From: an uncultured virus (IMG/VR IMGVR_UViG_3300035670_000155)
Taxonomy: Duplodnaviria > Heunggongvirae > Uroviricota > Caudoviricetes
IMG/VR virus record: IMGVR_UViG_3300035670_000155
Direction: 5' to 3' (one strand)
Length of the DNA stretch: 20,000 nucleotides
Positions 6,032-15,357 of this stretch are shown one piece after another (positions within the stretch are counted from its first letter, which is position 1; the number at the start of each line of letters is the position of its first letter). Made by a program: the position numbers and the translations under genes. The notes beneath the pieces were generated by a model. That model worked only from the letters and a program-made list of their open reading frames with translations, had not been told where the DNA came from and did no database searches.

Positions 6032-6208
6032 CTATCCTTCCAAGTTTTTCATTGCTTTAAGCACTCGCTCGGCTTCATGCAATTTTGGCAAGAGCGTTGG
6101 TTTGTAAGCGTGTTCGGCGGCTAGAAGCTGAAGCGCCGTTTGCCTGTCCGCTTCTAGCAGGGCCAGGAGAAAAGATAGTTCCTTGCTAGAAAGTTCAACG
6201 CCAATCAT
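6032..6208 (-). CDS. Hypothetical protein (58 aa, not in ORF track)
   Basis: MIGVELSSKELSFLLALLEADRQTALQLLAAEHAYKPTLLPKLHEAERVLKAMKNLEG*; fills the gap downstream of terL. -10 TAGAAT at 6245-6250. Confidence 0.65.
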   Translation of the reverse strand: MIGVELSSKELSFLLALLEADRQTALQLLAAEHAYKPTLLPKLHEAERVLKAMKNLEG

Positions 6209-6257
6209 TTTTCAGAAAAAGTGAAATTTCAACATTTGCTGAAAATTCTAAGCACAA

Positions 6258-7640
6258 TCATCGGACAAGACTATTCAGCCAGTCAATGTCATTCTCTTTT
6301 GAAGCTTCAAGAATAGCTGCTGCAAGTGCAAACGCATAGTCGTCCACTCCCACTTCTTTTCCTCCAGTGACCGCCCACTGACCACTTGCTCTGTAAATAA
6401 CGCTCAAATTTTTAAGCTGAGTAATTGCTTTTTGATGAGGATAAAGTTCAATTAGGCCAGCATTAAAAAGCTCTTTCATCTTGCTGAAAGCTTTCATTTT
6501 TGTGCTGACCGACCAAGCTAGCTCTGCAATAGGGAAATCCTTGGAAAGATTTTGGATGATAAAGCTGCTATTGAACTGGTCGAGAACAATGCTCTGAAAC
6601 TCATAAATGCGATGGTGCTCCTTGATCCACTCTTCTACTTTTGCCATATTCACTTCTTTTTTGCCACCAATTTCAAAGTCGGGCTCGAAGGCGTGAAACT
6701 TGTCCACCACTAGCCTTTCGCCCTCATAGTGAACAATACAAGCGGTGTAATCATCTCGTCCCACGCCACCTCGGGCGGGGTCCAAAGAAAGTACATAGGT
6801 GCCAGTAAATTCTTTTTCAGGGAACAATACTCCTCGCTTTTTATTTATGGCAGCTTCAACAATTTCAGTGGCCAATAATGCTGAATTGTTCTTGGCAAAT
6901 TGAGCCCCGTACTCCACCCAAAATTTATCAGGATCACGCTTTAGCTCGGCATCAAGGAATGCACATCCCCATGGCAAATTGACATTCACCTCCCAAGTTG
7001 GGAGATTTACTGCCTGCATAAAGGGAAACTCTCCAGATTTTGCTTCGCAATAGTGCTGATAAAACAGGCCATCAGTGAGCCATGGAGAAGACAGCTCAAG
7101 AATGCGACCATGCTGGCCAAACTGAGCGATGGACGGTGACAGGGCGTCATAAATGGCTTTTGCGCCACGGTTAGCGTCGCCTTCAATAGCGAAGGAAAGC
7201 TCGTCCATAATGAGCATGACCACGGCTTTACCACGGGAGGCCCTGGCCGATGCAGGAATAGCCTGGAACACGCAATTGTTGCTTGTTTCAATTTCAGTGG
7301 CAGTTTCTCTCGTGATTTCATCCACGAGAGGGCTGTCCATGAGCAACTGGCGAATGTTGTTCAAGGCAAGTTTTGCCTGGCTTTGATCGTTGGCGATGGT
7401 AAGGATGTACCATTTTTCAGTTTTGCGCACGCGCCTTCTGTATTGATCCTCCAAGACAAAGCAGGCGTAAAGAGCCGCAATGGCCGCCATAAGCGTTTTG
7501 CCGCAGCGTCGCCCAAGCGCCCATACGGCGTGAGTTTTATTGCCACCGAAGTAGCCGTCGAGAATGCGCTTTTGCTCAGGCCAAAGCTCCAGTTTTAATA
7601 CGTGCTTGGCAAAATCGCTGCACTTGAGAGAGCTGCTCAT
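6258..7640 (-). CDS. terL: Terminase large subunit
   Basis: LWPEQ (Q motif), GRRCGKT (Walker A), MLIMDE (Walker B), LSSP (motif III), and nuclease acidic residues in LSLDPA, VLDQF and DDYAFA. Confidence 0.95.
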   Translation of the reverse strand: MSSSLKCSDFAKHVLKLELWPEQKRILDGYFGGNKTHAVWALGRRCGKTLMAAIAALYACFVLEDQYRRRVRKTEKWYILTIANDQSQAKLALNNIRQLLMDSPLVDEITRETATEIETSNNCVFQAIPASARASRGKAVVMLIMDELSFAIEGDANRGAKAIYDALSPSIAQFGQHGRILELSSPWLTDGLFYQHYCEAKSGEFPFMQAVNLPTWEVNVNLPWGCAFLDAELKRDPDKFWVEYGAQFAKNNSALLATEIVEAAINKKRGVLFPEKEFTGTYVLSLDPARGGVGRDDYTACIVHYEGERLVVDKFHAFEPDFEIGGKKEVNMAKVEEWIKEHHRIYEFQSIVLDQFNSSFIIQNLSKDFPIAELAWSVSTKMKAFSKMKELFNAGLIELYPHQKAITQLKNLSVIYRASGQWAVTGGKEVGVDDYAFALAAAILEASKENDIDWLNSLVR

Positions 7641-8122
7641 TTCAAGGTGGACATTGGTCGCAAATGTTCTTTAGGCATGAAATAAGCTGGCCTGCCTCGC
7701 GCAGGATCAGCCCAGAATCTCTCCTCCATCGCCTCTTTCCCGTAGCACCAGCCATGGAGCAGCGTCTTTTGGTTTTCAATGGTCACAAGTACAAATTTTT
7801 TCTCGGGGTTTTCGTTCTTTTGTACAATCAAGTCGTACTGGTGCTTGCTTCTTGTCTTCACATCAATGCCGGGCAAATCGTCTGAACCACGCTTGGCTTC
7901 GCTTTCCTTGTAAAGCTCATGCTTAAGCCCAAGGTGCGAGGCTACGGCCATCTCGCCCGCAGCGCCGAGCAAATGAATGGACAGGGCTTGATCGCCACGA
8001 GCCGCGCCCTTATTCCGTCCGCGAAGTCCTTTTGCTTCGTTCACTGACTGTCGCCGTTGTCCTTCCTCCATCGCTTGCTTCCGTTCTTCTTCGGAGAAGA
8101 CAAATTCAATGGGAGTGGGCAT
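7637..8122 (-). CDS. Putative PD-(D/E)XK-fold nuclease-like protein, coupled to terL (likely start ATG 8122)
   Basis: GAAGEMAVA...SDD..IDVKT spacing; ATGA overlap with the terL start; -10 TATGAT (minus) at 8144-8149. Confidence 0.6.
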   Translation of the reverse strand: MPTPIEFVFSEEERKQAMEEGQRRQSVNEAKGLRGRNKGAARGDQALSIHLLGAAGEMAVASHLGLKHELYKESEAKRGSDDLPGIDVKTRSKHQYDLIVQKNENPEKKFVLVTIENQKTLLHGWCYGKEAMEERFWADPARGRPAYFMPKEHLRPMSTLK

Positions 8123-8187
8123 AACTAACAAAACATCGCTGTCATCATAGCCACGTTTAGAATGGAAGCAAGCCAATAGTGTGAACA

Positions 8188-10260
8188 ATGTCGGAAGAAG
8201 CAGTTGACCTAGGACATGCCACTGCAGACGGACTGCGTAATGACGGCCTTGCCAACGCCCTCACTGGCATGGGCATTTCCGGCAGAGATAAAAGTTTGGC
8301 CACGCAAGCGCAGCCCATCATTTTTCTTGCGCAAGAAGAACTAGAAGCTCTTTATGGCGAATGGTTGCCCCGTCGCATTGTTGATATTTATGCAGAGCAA
8401 GCCACAAGAAGGGGCTTCAAGGTGTTGTTTGGCGGAGAAGGAGCGGCGGCAGAAGAAGTGGTGGGTGTCGAGCAGGTGATTGAAGATTTGTATATTCTTG
8501 AAAACTTCATGCTCGCCTCTAAGAATTCCAGGCTCTATGGAGGAGCCGTAATTCTTCTTTACATTGACGACGGCAGGCCGGCGGATCAACCAGTTGACAA
8601 AAGCCGCATCTATTCCGTGGAAGGCATGGAAGTGCTGGATCGCTGGCAAATTGCACCAGTGATCAACGAAGAGAATTTGTACGACTATTCCAAGGCAACT
8701 TATTATCAAATTATTTCTGGCGATCTTATTCGGCAGCCGCAACTCACTTACGTCCATAAAGACAGGATTTTGCGTTTTGATGGCGAGTGGCTTCCCTACC
8801 GCATTAGGCAAAGAAATTATGGGTGGGGAATGAGCAGTTTACAAACTGTCTACGAAAGTTTTAAGCACTATTGGACCGGCCTAAACAGTGCTGCCACTTT
8901 ATTGAGCGAGTTTGATATTTTTGTTCACAAGATTCGCGGGCTTGCTCAAATGCTTGCAGCGGGAAAAGAAAAAGACGTGAGAGATCGCCTTGTCCTCAAC
9001 GACATGAGCAAGAGCGTTTATCGCGGCTATGCAATTGACGCAGAGAAAGAGGAGCTTGCTTTTATCAGCCGGAACTTTGGTGGAGTTGGTGAAATTCTGG
9101 AAAAAATGCGTGTTGATATTATTGGTGCTTCAAAAATTCCTCACACAGTGCTGTTTGGGGAAAGTCCTAGCGGCCTTGGTTCCACTGGGCGAAGCGAAGA
9201 GCGAGATTTTGCCAAGACACTGGCTGATTACCAACAGTCCACTTTCCATCGCCCCCTTAAAAAGCTGATGACTTACATCATGCTTAGCAAGACTGGGCCG
9301 ACGAATGGGCGAGTGCCGGAATCGTGGCGCATCAAGTTTAACGATTTGTTCGAATTGAATGAAAGAGAGAAGGCCGACGTGAGGGCTCGTGTGGCGGCCG
9401 TGGACGGGCGTTACATACAGCTCGGGGTACTGAGCCCCAAAGAGGTGGCTGACGCCCGCTATGGAGGCTCTGAGTGGTCGATGGAGCTTACTCTCGATCC
9501 GTCTGTGGTGCGCGAGCTTCCTACTCAGGGAGGGGGTGGTTCCACTCAGAAGGGGAGTGGATTGGCCGTGCCTCCTGGCGGACGCGATCCCATGAACGAA
9601 GAGAACGGCACCTTGCCAATGGATGGAAGCAGGGAAGTAGAGGACGCCGCAGGATTGTTCTTGCCTCGTGACCTCGAAAAAGTGCGGGGCGATGTGCAGT
9701 TCAAAGACAAAGACCTGCATCAGCAAGCAATTGCCGCCGCCAAGTCAAAATTCAAGGTGTGGCCCAGTGCTTATGCCAGCGCCTACATGGTGCAGAAGTA
9801 CAAAGAACTCTATAAGAAAAAGCACGGTGGCGGCAGTGGCTTCAAGGGGGACGATGGCGACGTGAATCATGACGATCTTGATAAATGGTTTAAGGAAGAA
9901 TGGGTGAGGATTGGCGCTAACGGAGAAATTCTTGGTGAATGTGGAGGGCGCGAAGAGAAAGAAGGAAAGCCAAAGTGCTTGCCCAAGGCAAAAGCTCAGG
10001 CCATGAGCAAAGAGGAGCGACAGACAATTGTGGCCCGCAAGCGCAAGTCCGACCCCAATCCAGAACGAAAGGGGCCGGCGAAAATGGTCAGCAGCAAAGT
10101 GGATGCGATTGAGCCCGTGCAAGTGGAAGGGCTAATGCTTGGAGGCATTGACGAGGCTGCTTTTATTAGCGAGGCGGATGTTGACGCAGCACTGCAGCAA
10201 TGGAAGGAAGAGGCTCCCGAAAAATTCAAGGACCTACTAGAAGCTGATGATGCTGAATAA
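8188..10260 (+). CDS. Portal protein (DUF1073-type) with C-terminal extension
   Basis: LANALTGMG..RDK, LYG.WL.RRIVD, SRLYGGAVI, HKDRILRF, WGMS.LQ, IPHTVLFGESPSGL.STG. About 250 aa follow the portal core. Confidence 0.92.
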   Translation: MSEEAVDLGHATADGLRNDGLANALTGMGISGRDKSLATQAQPIIFLAQEELEALYGEWLPRRIVDIYAEQATRRGFKVLFGGEGAAAEEVVGVEQVIEDLYILENFMLASKNSRLYGGAVILLYIDDGRPADQPVDKSRIYSVEGMEVLDRWQIAPVINEENLYDYSKATYYQIISGDLIRQPQLTYVHKDRILRFDGEWLPYRIRQRNYGWGMSSLQTVYESFKHYWTGLNSAATLLSEFDIFVHKIRGLAQMLAAGKEKDVRDRLVLNDMSKSVYRGYAIDAEKEELAFISRNFGGVGEILEKMRVDIIGASKIPHTVLFGESPSGLGSTGRSEERDFAKTLADYQQSTFHRPLKKLMTYIMLSKTGPTNGRVPESWRIKFNDLFELNEREKADVRARVAAVDGRYIQLGVLSPKEVADARYGGSEWSMELTLDPSVVRELPTQGGGGSTQKGSGLAVPPGGRDPMNEENGTLPMDGSREVEDAAGLFLPRDLEKVRGDVQFKDKDLHQQAIAAAKSKFKVWPSAYASAYMVQKYKELYKKKHGGGSGFKGDDGDVNHDDLDKWFKEEWVRIGANGEILGECGGREEKEGKPKCLPKAKAQAMSKEERQTIVARKRKSDPNPERKGPAKMVSSKVDAIEPVQVEGLMLGGIDEAAFISEADVDAALQQWKEEAPEKFKDLLEADDAE

Positions 10261-10927
10261 TATCGGAAGCTTCAGTGAAATTATCCTGTCCAACAGGATG
10301 GACGCTGAATGGTCTTATGACCAGAACAGCGGTCGTTATCGCGACGAAAAAGGCCGTTTTTTAAGCCGGGAGGCAGTGGAAAGGCTTGTAGACAAGCGTA
10401 TTGATAAACTGGACGCAAGCCTGCGGCGCTTTACGCGCATGTTGATCGATGGATCCATCACGCTTGATCAGTGGCAGGGGAGTGTCCGCGAATCGCTTAA
10501 GGCTGCTCATATTCAGGCAGCAATTGTGGGCCATGGTGGCCGAGCCGGCATGGGCAGTGCGGAATACGGCCGCATCGGTCAGCGCCTTCGCGAAGAATAT
10601 GCTTATCTCCAACGTTTTGTTTCCGACTTGCTTAGCAATCGCCTTTCTGCTCCCATGGCTCTGGCTCGCATTGGCTTATATGCTCAAAGCGTTCGCGGAT
10701 CTTACTGGCAGGGTGCCGAACTTCGGCAGCAGCGACAAGGATATAGTCTCATGCGACGCATTTTGGACAGCCAGGCCCAGCATTGCGAAGACTGTCTTCG
10801 ATACGCAGGACAAGGAATAGTTTCCATTGGCACGCTTCCGCTGCCCGGCCAGCGTTGCGAATGCGGGGCAAGGTGCCGCTGTAGTGTTCGTTATTACAGA
10901 CAGCAAGCGCCAACAGTGCCTGTATAG
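10247..10927 (+). CDS. Head morphogenesis / minor head protein (MuF-like)
   Basis: Directly follows the portal. C-terminal HCEDC...LP.PG..CECGARCRC resembles the Cys-rich MuF end. Confidence 0.7.
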   Translation: MMLNNIGSFSEIILSNRMDAEWSYDQNSGRYRDEKGRFLSREAVERLVDKRIDKLDASLRRFTRMLIDGSITLDQWQGSVRESLKAAHIQAAIVGHGGRAGMGSAEYGRIGQRLREEYAYLQRFVSDLLSNRLSAPMALARIGLYAQSVRGSYWQGAELRQQRQGYSLMRRILDSQAQHCEDCLRYAGQGIVSIGTLPLPGQRCECGARCRCSVRYYRQQAPTVPV

Positions 10928-10948
10928 TGGCATTATTGCGTCTTTGCC

Positions 10949-11698
10949 ATGAAGGTTCTCGTTGGCAGCACTGGACTGGTCGGCTCTGCGCTGCAAGAGC
11001 AAACCAGCTTCGACCGCACCTATTCGTCTAAAGACTTTCATCAAATCACGAGCGAAAACTGGCCAATAGACCATTTAGTCCTTTGCTGTCTGCCCGCTTC
11101 TAAGTGGAAGGTCAATCAAGATCCGCTAGCTGACTTGCAAAATATCTTTTCCATTGTTGATATTTTGTCAAGCATTTGCGCTGATCACGTGACGCTTGTT
11201 TCGACAATCGATGTGTATGGGCCCGAGTGTGCGTTTATGGATGAAACCGTGACGCCCACGCTGAAAAAGCCAAGCTATGGTTCAAACCGCTTGCTGTTTG
11301 AAGGGCTTGTGAAGGAAAGACTTTGGTGCAACTCCTTGCAAATTGTCCGACTTCCCGCTCTTTACCATCGACTTATCAAGAAGAACATTTTGTTCGATTT
11401 GATCAATGATCATGAAGTGGAAAAAATTAATGCCAATAGTTGTTATCAGTGGTATCCGCTGAACAATCTCTGGCGCGATTTGCGCAAGTGCCCCGCTCAC
11501 GGCATTGCCAATTTATTCCCCGCCCCCATTGAAACTGAAACGCTTATAGACAAATTCTTTCCTTCCGTAAAGAAAACGATGGGAGAGAGAATTGAATACA
11601 ATCACTTTACAATGCATACAAGCAGCGCTTATTGGCCGCCAGGGCGCAAGGACAATCTCACGCTGATTGGAGAATTCATCAATGAAGCTCGGGGTTAG
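10949..11698 (+). CDS. NAD(P)-binding extended-SDR-like sugar epimerase/reductase
   Basis: VLVGSTGLVG (GxxGxxG), VSTIDVY, YGSNR (YxxxR variant), IVRLPALY. Confidence 0.8.
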   Translation: MKVLVGSTGLVGSALQEQTSFDRTYSSKDFHQITSENWPIDHLVLCCLPASKWKVNQDPLADLQNIFSIVDILSSICADHVTLVSTIDVYGPECAFMDETVTPTLKKPSYGSNRLLFEGLVKERLWCNSLQIVRLPALYHRLIKKNILFDLINDHEVEKINANSCYQWYPLNNLWRDLRKCPAHGIANLFPAPIETETLIDKFFPSVKKTMGERIEYNHFTMHTSSAYWPPGRKDNLTLIGEFINEARG

Positions 11699-12425
11699 CG
11701 CTATTGGCTGGGAAGCCGAGGATCACGCGGATATTGTTTTGCATTTGCCTGATGGCATTGAGCTTCTGGAAGCGGTGCCCTTCAAGAGGCATAGCCATTT
11801 CTCTGGCTACTTGCAGAAATATTCGGCGCAATCATTATTCTATGGAATGGACATTGAAGCTTTCTGGGACGAGGCTAGTCTTCGGAAGTGCCTTGCGCTG
11901 TTGATCAAGCAAGCCAAAGCCTTGGGATGGAAGCGCATGATTCTCGGCAGCCCTGGACTAAGACAAGGCGATTGCCGTTATCTAATGGATGGACTTGCCG
12001 CTTGTCACCAAGAGTTAGAAGAGGCCGAATGCACCGTTTGCATTGAACCAGTGGCGAAGCAGTATGGCGGAAACTATTTCTTCACAGTTGAAGAGATTGT
12101 TCGGAGCTTGGTCGAATATTCGCTGCCTCGCGTGCAAACGATGATCGACACAAATAGCGCCTGGCTTGAAGACCAACTGCCAGAAGAAGTGTTGATACAG
12201 TATTTCCCCTACATCGCCCACGTGCATGTAAGCGATGAAAAAATTGGTCCAATCACGGAGCAAATTAAGCACGAACGATTTGCGGATGCACTGCGCGGAA
12301 CTGGCTATTCTGGCGGTGTTGTCAGGGAAATGTTAAAAGCTAAAAACCATCCAGAGGAATATCATTACTTCGCCCACCTTTACAGGCCAGACAGCACTTC
12401 TCGGGCTTTGGCTTCTATCAAATAG
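11682..12425 (+). CDS. Sugar-phosphate isomerase/epimerase (xylose-isomerase-like TIM barrel)
   Basis: LGVSAIGW, ILGSP, CIEP, MIDT, HVHVS and VVRE metal-ligand pattern. ATG 11682 overlaps the upstream stop. Confidence 0.82.
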   Translation: MKLGVSAIGWEAEDHADIVLHLPDGIELLEAVPFKRHSHFSGYLQKYSAQSLFYGMDIEAFWDEASLRKCLALLIKQAKALGWKRMILGSPGLRQGDCRYLMDGLAACHQELEEAECTVCIEPVAKQYGGNYFFTVEEIVRSLVEYSLPRVQTMIDTNSAWLEDQLPEEVLIQYFPYIAHVHVSDEKIGPITEQIKHERFADALRGTGYSGGVVREMLKAKNHPEEYHYFAHLYRPDSTSRALASIK

Positions 12426-13351
12426 ATGCCTTGAATTTTGCCAGTAAAGCACGAAAGCACATTGTCATTTTGCTTGAACAGAGGGGCCCTGTAGGCGCTT
12501 GCATTGGAGCGCTTGCTCTTCGTCGAATACACCGTTTTTGAGAATGAAAGGTGGCCTGAAAAGCCTGGCCAGTAAAGGCGAGCGTGAAGCTCTGCCTGGC
12601 TCCTTGCCTTGCCGTCGTCCTCGACATCCTCTGGGACAATGGGCATGACAGACGAATGGATGACGCTATGCACCACATGGCTCAAGGAAATGGTGCCGCC
12701 GTGGAAAGGGTAGATAGAAAAGAGAGGGCCGTCAATATAAGTGAGCGCCCCGAACGGGAGCGGCTTTGCAATGTCATAAATGAACATTGCCACCGCTTCG
12801 AAATATTCATTGGCGCGAGGGCGCAGCAGCGTATTGTTTGTGCAATCAATGATTAGTGAGTGGTCTCGCTGCAAGGCCGGTAATTGCGCCTTGCTAATGC
12901 GTTCGCGGCGTAGCACAGGGGACAATTGCCGCAGCATAAATTCTTTAGTTTTCAAGGGGCAAATATATCGTTCTTGTGTGCGCCAAACCATTTCAGTGTC
13001 ACGCAGGAACGGAGCTTCCATCCTCTCGTGGTGCCATGATAATGGAGGGAAAATGGTTTCCACTGTCTTCGCATCCAGTAAACTTTCTTCGCTTGGCACG
13101 GCATAGAGATTGTTCTCCACTGCTTCCGTTAGAAAGCCGTAGTCACGCATGAAGGCATCAAAGGTGTTTTGACATAGTTCTCTAGTGGCATGGTTTCGGG
13201 CATAGTGATAGCCCATGTGAAGGCGGTTTTGATTTAGGAGTGACGCGCCCTCAAATGGAGACGGATCGAAAAGCACCACTTCATGATCACTGCTCAGACT
13301 TAAGGCCAAATGACACCCCACCCATCCTGCTCCGATGATCGCCACCTTCAT
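12380..13351 (-). CDS. FAD-dependent oxidoreductase (DAO-like)
   Basis: IIGAGWVG, GASLLNQNRLHMGYHY, IIDCT, DGPLFSIYP, TGKI. Confidence 0.85.
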   Translation of the reverse strand: MKVAIIGAGWVGCHLALSLSSDHEVVLFDPSPFEGASLLNQNRLHMGYHYARNHATRELCQNTFDAFMRDYGFLTEAVENNLYAVPSEESLLDAKTVETIFPPLSWHHERMEAPFLRDTEMVWRTQERYICPLKTKEFMLRQLSPVLRRERISKAQLPALQRDHSLIIDCTNNTLLRPRANEYFEAVAMFIYDIAKPLPFGALTYIDGPLFSIYPFHGGTISLSHVVHSVIHSSVMPIVPEDVEDDGKARSQAELHARLYWPGFSGHLSFSKTVYSTKSKRSNASAYRAPLFKQNDNVLSCFTGKIQGIYLIEAKAREVLSGL

Positions 13352-13420
13352 TGCCGCACCGCCTTAGCCTTTGTCACAGTCTAAAAGCGTCCCTAAGATG
13401 AGGCCAGTCTCAAGATTTTC

Positions 13421-14644
13421 GTGGCAACCATTCTGTATTGTGGCGACGTTGGCGTTCAGACGGGCTTTGGACGAGTGGCCGAATATCTCATTCCAGCACT
13501 AGCGAAAGAGCATGAAGTGCATGCGCTGTCCGTCAATTGGCACGGCGACCCCAACGAGATGCAGCAATACTGTCGGATGTATCCAGCCATGGCTCATGGC
13601 TCCGACCCATTCGGCTCTCATCGCATTGGCGAGCTAGTGCAAATTATCAAGCCTGATTTGGTTTTTGTGGTGAATGATATTTGGGTGGCGATTGGCTTGA
13701 TGGATAAGATCGAGCCGTTCAAGGAGGGCATTGGCTTCAAGACAGTCATTTACACCCCCATCGACTCTTACGGCCTGTTTCCCGAACTGCTGCCTGCCAT
13801 TGAAAAGTGGGACACGCTCATCACCTACACGCAGTTTGCCAAAAAGGAAGTGGAGAAGATTGGCTATGACAAGCACATTTACACAGTGGGACACGGCACC
13901 AATTTTGACCATTTCTTCCCCATTGATAAGCAGCGATGCCGCAAGGAGCTTGGGGTGCCAGAAGACGTGTTTATTGTCTTCAATGGCAACCGCAACCAGC
14001 CGCGCAAGCGCATTGATTTGACCATCAAAGGCTTTGTCAAGTTTGCCAAAGACAAGCCCGACGCTCGACTTTGGCTCAACATGGGCAGCAAAGATATGGG
14101 CTGGGAGCTGATTCCACTGTTCAAGCGTGTGGCGCGGGACGAAGGCTATGACGCTGCTGGAAAGCTCATTCTTACGAGTCCGCAATTCTCCACCCACAAT
14201 TGCCTTCCCATTGAACAATTGAACAAGGTATACAACGCTTGTGACGTGGGCGTCAACACTTGCATTGGCGAGGGATGGGGCCTGGTCAATACTGAGCACG
14301 CCGCCACTGGCGTGGCGCAAGTGGTGCCTGATCACACCAGCTTGAAAGAAATTTTCGATGGAGTGAAGCGAATTGCCGTTGAAAGTTGGGAAACCGACAG
14401 GAATTACGGCCTTGAACGCGGGCAGCCATCACCTGATAATCTGGCCAGTATCCTCGACTATTACTACCACAACCGCGAAGAGCTGCAAATGGCTGGGGAA
14501 TGGTGTCATGAGCGCATTCATCAGGAGTCCTTCACCTGGCCCTTCGTGCAAAAGCAAATGCTAAGCATTGTGAAGAAAACGCTAGAACAAAAGGAAGCTC
14601 CTGTAGAGTTCAAAGGTTTTGGCACTCCCGCTCGCATCGCTTGA
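13421..14644 (+). CDS. GT-B fold glycosyltransferase (GT4-like)
   Basis: TGFGRVA, NRNQPRKRID, EGWGLVNTE (E-x7-E). GTG start, with -10 TAAGAT at 13394-13399. Confidence 0.9.
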   Translation: MATILYCGDVGVQTGFGRVAEYLIPALAKEHEVHALSVNWHGDPNEMQQYCRMYPAMAHGSDPFGSHRIGELVQIIKPDLVFVVNDIWVAIGLMDKIEPFKEGIGFKTVIYTPIDSYGLFPELLPAIEKWDTLITYTQFAKKEVEKIGYDKHIYTVGHGTNFDHFFPIDKQRCRKELGVPEDVFIVFNGNRNQPRKRIDLTIKGFVKFAKDKPDARLWLNMGSKDMGWELIPLFKRVARDEGYDAAGKLILTSPQFSTHNCLPIEQLNKVYNACDVGVNTCIGEGWGLVNTEHAATGVAQVVPDHTSLKEIFDGVKRIAVESWETDRNYGLERGQPSPDNLASILDYYYHNREELQMAGEWCHERIHQESFTWPFVQKQMLSIVKKTLEQKEAPVEFKGFGTPARIA

Positions 14645-14646
14645 CC

Positions 14647-15357
14647 ATGGAAATCTCGCAAATCTTTCTGAGCGACGTAAGCGATGAGCTTTCGCCGTTT
14701 CTCCAACATGCCACGGGCACTGTTAAAACTGCGTTTCCTAGCGCGAACCACACCGTCTACAACAAAGAAAGCCTGAGACAATTTATTGCCGACAATTACG
14801 GCACGGAAGTGCTTTGGGCTTATGACACGCTCAAGCCCTATTCGTACAAAGCCGATTTGGGTCGATTTTGCTTGCTGAACAAGCTGGGCGGATGGTATTT
14901 TGACATTGCCATCAGGGTGGTCAATCCAGTGGAGATTGGGCCACGAATTAAGATGCTGGCTTTTCGTGACATTCAACGGTTTAGCTTCACCTCTTGGGCC
15001 TGTGCTACGACGGTTCTTTATTCGCAGCCCAACAATCCTGCATTGGTCACTGCCATTGGGCTGATTGTCAAAAATTGCCACGAGCAATACTATGGCATCA
15101 CCCCATTGTGTCCCACTGGCCCCACGCTCTTGGGAGAGGCACTTGCAATTAACAAGGGACAGTCGGACTTTGTCTATGGCGACTATCTTGAGCTGACCCC
15201 CACGCACGAGCAAAAGAATAGGGCATTTGTTCTTCCCGATGGAACGATCATGGCCTGGAGTAAGCCTTCTGGCGGTGGTGACTTAACGGGAGTAGGGGCT
15301 AAAGGAGTGAATAATTACAACGAACTTTGGGCCGCTCGCAATGTCTACGCAGGCTAA
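14647..15357 (+). CDS. GT32/Och1-like sugar-binding glycosyltransferase
   Basis: KADLGRFCLL..LGGWYFD and TGPTLL motifs. The DxD motif reads DIA. Confidence 0.8.
   Translation: MEISQIFLSDVSDELSPFLQHATGTVKTAFPSANHTVYNKESLRQFIADNYGTEVLWAYDTLKPYSYKADLGRFCLLNKLGGWYFDIAIRVVNPVEIGPRIKMLAFRDIQRFSFTSWACATTVLYSQPNNPALVTAIGLIVKNCHEQYYGITPLCPTGPTLLGEALAINKGQSDFVYGDYLELTPTHEQKNRAFVLPDGTIMAWSKPSGGGDLTGVGAKGVNNYNELWAARNVYAG

Noticed and set aside
6120..6159. Inverted repeat GCTAGAAGC...GCTTCTAGC
   Set aside because: Lies inside the 58-aa ORF, with a long loop and no U-tract; probably chance.
8188..10260. Calling the portal an Acb1 anti-CBASS nuclease
   Set aside because: No paired HxT/S 2H-phosphoesterase motifs are visible in the extension.
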